The notes beneath the pieces were generated by a model. The model had not been told where the DNA came from, did no database searches, and worked only from the letters and a program-made list of their open reading frames with translations. A stretch of DNA of 64,000 nucleotides from Giardia intestinalis (taxonomy: Eukaryota), in assembly GCA_000002435.2 (NCBI GenBank), contig CM018793.1, one strand, 5' to 3'. The position numbers were made by a program, and so were the translations under genes. Within the stretch, counting starts at the first letter, position 1. Each line of letters opens with the position of its first letter. Of the stretch, positions 22,536 to 29,800 are shown one piece after another.

Positions 22536-23663
22536 TCAATACACATCAACGTCCATCTGCTGACGTCGGATGTTGGCAGCTGCATCTTTGATTAGAGAAG
22601 GTGGTAAACTGATCCCCTTCGCCTTAAGCATTTGGCGAAGCTCGGTGACCTCTATTTTAGGATGCTCAGCTAAGATAGCTGCGATTGTTGAGTGCATTTC
22701 GGGGGAAACAACCTTCTTGGATCTCCGCCCCCTCGGCCCCACCTCAAGCTGACCACAATCTCGGAACTTTCTAACGATGTTTATTGCTGCACTATACTTT
22801 AGGTTGAGTTGCTTCACTGCTGATTGCACGTTCATCCCATCAATGCACACCATGTGAATAAGCCGCTCACGCGTTTCCTGGGGTATGATTAAATACTCTC
22901 TTTTGTTGCTAGCTGATCTCCCTCGTTGAGGGATATGAATAGAATGATCTTCAGGGCCAAGCTCACTAATGCTTAGTTGGTCATGTTCGTGGATTTGATT
23001 CTGGTTATAATCTTGGTGACCGTTGTTCTCTTCTGGCATGGTGTTGATCCCTAAAGTGAGGCTAAGCTTAGGATCAGAAGCCGGTCCATGATCATGAGGC
23101 AGGTCAGGGTCGTGGACAAGAGTGATAGTATTATCGGGAGCCGAGTTAGAATCGGAGCCGAGGCTAGTGCCAATCCGCTGCTCAACGTGCTTAACTATGC
23201 CTTGCTGATTTTGGCCAGGACCCAGATTGGCGGGTGGCATGAAGTCATCTCTGAAGAGCTGCCCATTGTCGACTTGCGGTAGCTCAAAGACATGATCCAT
23301 GTCTGGTCTATAGAATGTACAGCCCATGCTCCTTTTCCCGCTGCTGCTAGATAGCGATACATTAATCGATGGTGGGTCATTCAACCCTATTCGACTGGCC
23401 TTCAGAGAAGATGAATGCGAGCTAGGAGTGCTGCCATTTGAGCCTATATCTTTAAAAACAGGTAACATGTCACCATCTCCAGGGATAGCTGAGATGGTGG
23501 ATCGCCGCAAATTCCGAGCGGATGTGATAAGCCCCGGGGGCAACTGTCTAAACAATGGGGAGGTTAATTCCCGACTAAGCTCGGTCATCAGGTCTGTACC
23601 GCTTCCTGAGAAGACAGGAGCATGCTCATCATACTCGGACATTGGCAATGTATAGGTGAGCAA
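22536..23663 (-). CDS. DNA-binding protein with a C-terminal paired / Tc1-like bipartite HTH domain. It may be a Pax-like factor or a transposase-derived protein, and it has no DDE catalytic domain.
   Basis: The C-terminal ~110 aa read ETRERLIHMVCIDGMNVQSAVKQLNLKYSAAINIVRKFRDCGQLEVGPRGRRSKKVVSPEMHSTIAAILAEHPKIEVTELRQMLKAKG. This follows the PAI/RED paired-domain and Tc1-transposase N-terminal pattern R.RIV...G.S...IS..L.VS...V.KI..R..ETG...P...GG.KP.V.TP.....I......P..T..E....L. The N-terminal 250 aa are low-complexity and Ser-rich. Confidence 0.55.
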   Translation of the reverse strand: MLTYTLPMSEYDEHAPVFSGSGTDLMTELSRELTSPLFRQLPPGLITSARNLRRSTISAIPGDGDMLPVFKDIGSNGSTPSSHSSSLKASRIGLNDPPSINVSLSSSSGKRSMGCTFYRPDMDHVFELPQVDNGQLFRDDFMPPANLGPGQNQQGIVKHVEQRIGTSLGSDSNSAPDNTITLVHDPDLPHDHGPASDPKLSLTLGINTMPEENNGHQDYNQNQIHEHDQLSISELGPEDHSIHIPQRGRSASNKREYLIIPQETRERLIHMVCIDGMNVQSAVKQLNLKYSAAINIVRKFRDCGQLEVGPRGRRSKKVVSPEMHSTIAAILAEHPKIEVTELRQMLKAKGISLPPSLIKDAAANIRRQQMDVDVY

Positions 23664-23745
23664 GACCGAGAGGTCTGCAACCGACAGGTATTTTTTTAGG
23701 CTGACGAATCAGAAGACGGTTTACTTTGGACGGGGGTATACAATC

Positions 23746-24462
23746 TTAGATAAAAGATCCAGGAGTACTGAGCAGGGACGTACCTTCAGGTTGGAGGATG
23801 CCCGAGTTTGGTTTTATGGGCGCGGAGGATCTCTTTTGCCTTTTAATGAGGAAATAGAAAGCCAGAGTTGTCATAACTGCACAGAGAAGTACGGTGACTA
23901 TCACTGAGATGGCTACGGCTGCGCCTGCCGAAAGACACTTATCAGAATTTCCAAAACCTGCACAGATGCAATCTCCATAGGCCATAGTCCACCCATTCTT
24001 GCATGATACGCAGTGTTCTCGCTCTCTGTCGTACGAGTCGTTATATCGAAAGCACATTCCTCGACTCAGAGATCGATAGCAGCCGTTCCCGATTTTCTGA
24101 TACCCTTTGCTACAATCGTGACACGTTGGGACAATCTGGTCTCCCTCATGCTTAAGGTTGCAGTTTCCAAATTCAAACTGCTTCCAGCAACTTTTATCTA
24201 TAAGGACGTGGTCGTTCGTGCAAGCCGTACATCTGATTTCCTCGTCATTATAATGAAAGCAATTCTCGTTGAAGCAATATGTGCATGTAGGGTAGCACAA
24301 TCTGTCCGCGTCAGTGTCTTGGGGATTCACGTAGGGCGTGTATCCTACCTGGCACGTGCAAGCGTCTGTACCCGCACCAGTTATGCAAGGAGCGGGATCA
24401 GTTGCACCTTTAAATCTATATGGCAGAAGCCACAGTGTAGCTGCAACTAGAGTAGCAGCCAT
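23746..24462 (-). CDS. Cysteine-rich type I membrane protein resembling a high-cysteine membrane protein, with EGF/furin-like repeats
   Basis: It has an N-terminal signal peptide (MAATLVAATLWLLPYRFKGA) and ~30 Cys residues with many CxxC/CxC spacings. A C-terminal TM helix (AAVAISVIVTVLLCAVMTTLAFYFLI) follows, then a basic cytoplasmic tail (KRQKR...). Confidence 0.6.
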   Translation of the reverse strand: MAATLVAATLWLLPYRFKGATDPAPCITGAGTDACTCQVGYTPYVNPQDTDADRLCYPTCTYCFNENCFHYNDEEIRCTACTNDHVLIDKSCWKQFEFGNCNLKHEGDQIVPTCHDCSKGYQKIGNGCYRSLSRGMCFRYNDSYDREREHCVSCKNGWTMAYGDCICAGFGNSDKCLSAGAAVAISVIVTVLLCAVMTTLAFYFLIKRQKRSSAPIKPNSGILQPEGTSLLSTPGSFI

Positions 24463-24602
24463 CTATAAACAAGCGAGAGATTTATTTTCCCTTACAAGAG
24501 AAAAGATTTGCTTTCTAAACTCAGAGAGAGGCCCTTAGTGTAAAATAGTAGAGTAAAGTTAAGGCAGATCAAGGCGGAGTACCTTTTACACGCTATAGTA
24601 AT

Positions 24603-25652
24603 TTACATCATCCTTTTAGCGGCTTCAGCTATGTTTTCTAGACAGGGTCTTTCCGCTGGGTCTATAGATAGACAGGCGTTTAAGACGTGCCTCAATTCAT
24701 CACTAAATTGGCTCTGTGACTGTTGCATCACGTTCGGGCTACCATTATTAGATGGAATCTGCTTCGTAGGAAGCCTTGTAGGAAGTTCGATGGGCCTGGG
24801 AAGACGTGTTATGCTTAAGTAGAGGTCTATTTCGCGTCCTGTGGTAAATGGGCGCTTCTTGAAGATCAGCTCGTACAAGTAGCAGCCAAGGGCCCATATA
24901 TCGCCCGACAGAAGAGTATTTGTCGCTCCAGGGACGCTGTCACCGTTGCTGTTGGTTTCAAGTTGCTCGGGCGCCTTGTACAAGTCTATGGCTACGGATA
25001 TGTGCAGATTTAGGGGTGCGGTTATTTTCAGCTCTGACGACATCCCCACATCCATGAGCTTCACACTCCCATCTTTGTCCAGGTATATGTTTTCGGGCTT
25101 AAGAGAGGCATGTGCCACAGGGCCCCTACCAAGGGGGTTTCCGTGCAAATATCTGAGCGCGGACACTATCTGACTCAAGGTCTTCCATATCATGGACTCA
25201 GTCATGGGCTCGTGGCTTCCAGAAGCACCCATGCTCTCTCTCAAGCTGGGACGGGCCTCATCACGCGAAACTAGCTCTCTAGCGTCCCCGAGGAGAGGGG
25301 AGATAATGTACAATCGAAGGATAGTTGAATCATATATGGCATCGATGGGCGAATTGATGTTTGGATGGCATAGCTGCAGCTGGATACTCGCACACTCAAG
25401 GAGCTGCTTTTGATGAGGCTCAGTATACATGTCACAAGGTATTTCTTTGCATGCAAAAACCGTTTTGGTATTTTTCTTACGAACGACATATACGCGGCCG
25501 TGTGGACCCAGGCCCACCGAGGCTGACATTATGAAGTACGTTTTTGTCTCATCACTATAAGGGTTTAGTTTGACAGTCTTTTCAACAGGGATTTCCTCTT
25601 TATCATAATACTCAGCCAGGCTACCACTCCTAATCCCCGCGGGAAACGCCAT
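24603..25652 (-). CDS. Protein-kinase-fold protein, predicted pseudokinase
   Basis: The kinase fold is recognisable through VFACKEI (VAIK Lys), a catalytic loop LKPENIYLD, YKAPE and DIWALGCYLYELIF. However HRD is replaced by HAS, so the catalytic Asp is lost, and DFG is replaced by DVG. Confidence 0.75.
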   Translation of the reverse strand: MAFPAGIRSGSLAEYYDKEEIPVEKTVKLNPYSDETKTYFIMSASVGLGPHGRVYVVRKKNTKTVFACKEIPCDMYTEPHQKQLLECASIQLQLCHPNINSPIDAIYDSTILRLYIISPLLGDARELVSRDEARPSLRESMGASGSHEPMTESMIWKTLSQIVSALRYLHGNPLGRGPVAHASLKPENIYLDKDGSVKLMDVGMSSELKITAPLNLHISVAIDLYKAPEQLETNSNGDSVPGATNTLLSGDIWALGCYLYELIFKKRPFTTGREIDLYLSITRLPRPIELPTRLPTKQIPSNNGSPNVMQQSQSQFSDELRHVLNACLSIDPAERPCLENIAEAAKRMM

Positions 25653-25718
25653 CTAGCGACCTTTTTTTGTTTACATGTAAATATTTAGTGTTTTAGATGT
25701 GGCGTCGATGCAGCACCG

Positions 25719-26624
25719 CTACCGCCTCCCAACGTGCATGGCCCGCATCAAGACCACTAACATACCCACGACATCGGAGTATATCTTCAAGGTGTATTTG
25801 GCCCAATCAGAGCAAGTACTCTTATTGACTGCCAACCACACATCAACTATCAAAAACAAAGCATATACAAGGCAAATAAGGACAGAAACTACCACAGTGG
25901 TTATTGAGTAAGATTTTTGGCTCCCGAAGAGATTCCAAATGAAGAGCATGGGGTACAGTAGCCAGAGGAGCTGACTGCAGCAAATGGCTATCAGAATCAT
26001 CACCCAAACCTTTGTCTCGCTCTTAATGCACAGCGCTATAGATGTACAGAAGACCAAAATGAACAGAACACAGAGTAATGATGATCCAAAAACTATGATG
26101 TTGGTCACCATTGAAAGGCCGATAAAGAGTATGCTCGAGAAAACTGGCCCAATTATCAGCAGGGTGATCGTGCCACACTTTCCAATAGAATCCATGCAGC
26201 ACGAATTGATCATAGAAATTACGATATACCCTATGCAGCCGACAGCAATCAGGATTACCTCGGTGATAAAGTACGTATACAGTAGTTCAGGTGAAACGAC
26301 TCCGTTATGAACTTTGAAAATAACAGTCGTTACTAATATGTATAACCCGATTGTTAAGATTGCAGTTCCCATTATCATTATTGCCAGGGTCAAATATATC
26401 TTAATAGTCAATGATCGGCGGATTGATGTCTCAAAACCATTAACGGTCTGTTCATACAAACTGTTACTGCCTCTTGTGTTGACATTGCTCGTGTATTTGT
26501 GGCCATCCTCGATTCTATTCATTCTTAGCGTTTCCTCATTCTCCTGCCTTCTACTGAATCCAGCAGGAGCCAAATAGGGCTGGGGGCATCTCGCTTGGTC
26601 GTACGATGTCATGAGCTTCTCCAC
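25719..26624 (-). CDS. Multi-pass membrane protein (about 6-7 predicted TM helices), hypothetical
   Basis: There are repeated ~20-aa hydrophobic segments, including LTLAIMIMGTAILTIGLYILVTTVIF, ITEVILIAVGCIGYIVISMI, ITLLIIGPVFSSILFIGLSMV, LLCVLFILVFCTSIALCI, WVMILIAICCSQLLWLLYPMLFI and VVVSVLICLVYALFLIVDVWLAV. Confidence 0.55.
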   Translation of the reverse strand: MEKLMTSYDQARCPQPYLAPAGFSRRQENEETLRMNRIEDGHKYTSNVNTRGSNSLYEQTVNGFETSIRRSLTIKIYLTLAIMIMGTAILTIGLYILVTTVIFKVHNGVVSPELLYTYFITEVILIAVGCIGYIVISMINSCCMDSIGKCGTITLLIIGPVFSSILFIGLSMVTNIIVFGSSLLCVLFILVFCTSIALCIKSETKVWVMILIAICCSQLLWLLYPMLFIWNLFGSQKSYSITTVVVSVLICLVYALFLIVDVWLAVNKSTCSDWAKYTLKIYSDVVGMLVVLMRAMHVGRR

Positions 26625-26877
26625 CTGATTTTTTAAATCTCTTTTTTAAACCTGCGATGTCTATCATTAATGCATAAAGTTATTAAGCAAATTGTAAAGC
26701 CTTTAGCCTTTCAGCAATTGTCTTTTAAATCAACACCTTGAGAACAAAACATAACGCATCAGCGGTTGAACCATGGCCATCTAGAACCAGTGCGCTGTAC
26801 ATACTATAAACCCTGTGCATACTATTTTTACACTCCTTCAACACATACGTTGCGGTGTTCAGCCAATTTTTCGGAAG

Positions 26878-29800
26878 TTATGTTGTCAAGAGAACATCTA
26901 AGAAAAACCTCGCTCCATATTCCTCGAGCTGCTCTCGGAGTGGCTTACTATTGGATTTTAGATCTCTATGTTGCGATAGAATAGATAATACATTGTTGAT
27001 ATGGCAGCCCCGGATGTAACTCAGCCCTGCCATGATCACGTCAGCCATTCTCTTGTACGCGCCCTTAAATCCGGTGCTACGATAGATGATGTCAAGCAAG
27101 GATTGAGCCAGATAATCGGCTGACCTTTGGGAGATAACTGCGGTATCGACTACGGCAATGTGCACTAGAGCGACGCGGGTAAACGTTAGAATGTTGATAA
27201 ACCCATGAGACGTGGGTGGGAATATCTGGAGAACTCGCCGGGCCACATAGAGTGCTTTTACGAGTAGGCCTGCTCGAGCATACGCCTCCAGCAGCACGGA
27301 GCAAACAAGCTTAGAGGGCAAGAGCGTTGCGTCGGAGCGCATGTATTGAATGCTTAATATCGAAATGCTGTCAAAGTCGGGAAGGGACTCCTTGTAGATT
27401 GCCTTGGCACCCTTGCTAGTAAAGGGAGTGGATTCAGAGTCGTCAGTGGGAGCCCCCTCTGACTTCTGTGTAGAGATAAAGGTAATGTTGTCCTTTTCAA
27501 GCAGTTCCGCCTCATTTCTAATTCTGAAATACTTGCAGCAGCACGCAATCACAAAGATGCATACATTGAATACGCATTCCTTTATAGCCACCATGTTGTT
27601 GTAAGCGACCTGGCACTCAAAGGCCAGCGTTTCCAGCTCACTAGCATTTCTGAAGGAGAGGAAAGCACTGGTCGCATAGAGGCACAGAGCGAGAGGCTGC
27701 GATATAACATTCTCTACCACATCGCTGGATAGGAGATAGATCGTCTGTTTGTACGAAATAAGGTGAGCACGCACGGTTTGATCAATGTGGGGAAGAATGT
27801 GTATTGACGTTAGCTCAAAGATGTAAGATAGTAGAGGAGGAATAAAGTTGTAACTCTGTAACGACCTCTCCGCAGAGCCCATTGTTTTTTGAGACTTTGT
27901 TTCTTCTAGCTGCAGCATCTCTGCAACGGCCTTCACAATGTGGAACATTGCGGCCTTGGGGAGCTCGTGAATGTAACTTGGAGCAATAGCTGCAAGAATC
28001 CCTATCATGGCAATTCCCTCAATTGTTGTCCCATACAAGAGGCACCGCTCCACCATAGCTGCTGCCAGTGACAAGTACAGCTCCGTTAAGTCCCGTAAGA
28101 AAAGCGCATAAAAGATAAGGAAGAGGAGCTTTTGGATGGATCTCTCCAGCAACGATGCCCTCTTCATATATTGCATAAGCGCATAGGGGGTCGAGGGAGA
28201 CTTCAGTGAGTCAAAAGCAACCATGATTGCAGCCTGTGGATGCGGCTTCAGTCCATTACCCTCAACAAGATTGGTAGTGAAGAGAAGAGAGAGGGTCGCA
28301 ACAATAGTGTCCCGGTGAATGCTTTTATTCATGGTTATCATAGGTAGGAAAGCGTTGATGTGCGCCTCATCTCCAAGCAACTTCTGCAGCATTGAGACAG
28401 CGATTGAGACAGCCCGCGCCGGCTTGTTACTCTGTATCATGCCCAGTGTCCACTCCCATATAAGTCCCAGCCAGTAATGCTTGTACACCTCATTTGATAG
28501 TTTGTCGGTTACATATGTGGACTGCACCAGATTGTATCTTGTGGTGAAGCGGATTGACTGTACCGAATAGCAGATGCTGTTTGCACATGTAAAGTTAAAT
28601 AGCAAGGGAAATGCATTGTACAACGCGGTAAGTTCAGAATCGGTACCGACCTGTATGGTCTCATTATACATTGTGTCAATCATGTCTGTCGGATCCGTCC
28701 CATTGGGGTCTGACTTTGAAACCAGGCTTTGGAGCGCATTTGGTTTACCAGGCAGAGCATCTGCATTGCCACTGGTAATGGGAGAGCTGTGGGCACTGTT
28801 AGGGTTTGAGAGTACACCTATGGTACACTTGAGTAGCGAGTCTAGGTCAAGGGAATTAGCAGTTTTGAACGTCAGCAGGGGCCTCTTCTGGGCAACAACC
28901 TTATAGTTCGACAGGGACCAGTTCTGCCTTTCCATTGGATTGAGACATAGCATGGCCATAGCAGTCCAGATTTCGTGCTCAGCTGACTTTGCCATTGAAA
29001 GGTATTTGCTGATGTCAGCAAAGCTCTTAGAGAGGATGTCGCATGCATATGTGTTTAGTCTCAGAAGTTCATACTGGTCATAAATGTCGAGCAATTTGCT
29101 TGCACACGGATTGAGGCACTTCAGAAGCTTGGTTATGTCCACAAAAAGTCCATCATATTGCTCTAGGAGACATGCCCGTGTGCTTGGTGTTCTGAGGTCG
29201 GCTTCCATTTGCTTAAGAAAAGCCTCTTGCTGTTGCCAGTTGTTTACCCCCATGTTATGGTCAAAAAAGAAGGTCTTGTGAGTGCGCAAAGCAATCCGTA
29301 ATGAAAGAGAGGCCTTGTTAATCTGAAGATCATTTAATGAAACATCTGCCGCCTTACCCGAAGCCCTCAATAGAGAAACAAAGTCCAAGTGGAGCTTTCT
29401 GATTAGTTCTCCCGTCTCCAGCTCTCTGGGATCATAGTTTCTTATATAGAGGGACGGCTTAAGGTCGGATTTTCTCTCCAAAACAGAGTCCCGTGCAATC
29501 CACCTCTTCCGAAGATATAGTGCGATCAGGAATAGCTTTTGGCTCATGCCAGATGTAAATGACTCTTCCAGAACCTTGCATAGACTGATATTATTAAACA
29601 GAAAAATGTAGCCTATCCGATTTGTAGATTTGTTAGGATTGTAGGGATTGTGGGCTAGGTCCACGCCATGGTCTGCACCTCCTTGTGCATAAAGCGGATG
29701 CCTAAGCTGTACAAATTGTGGGGCGCAAGAAATTAGATGCATATTAGAAAGCTCAGTGAGAGACGTGAGGATCACATCGTCGTTACTGTAATTGAGGGCA

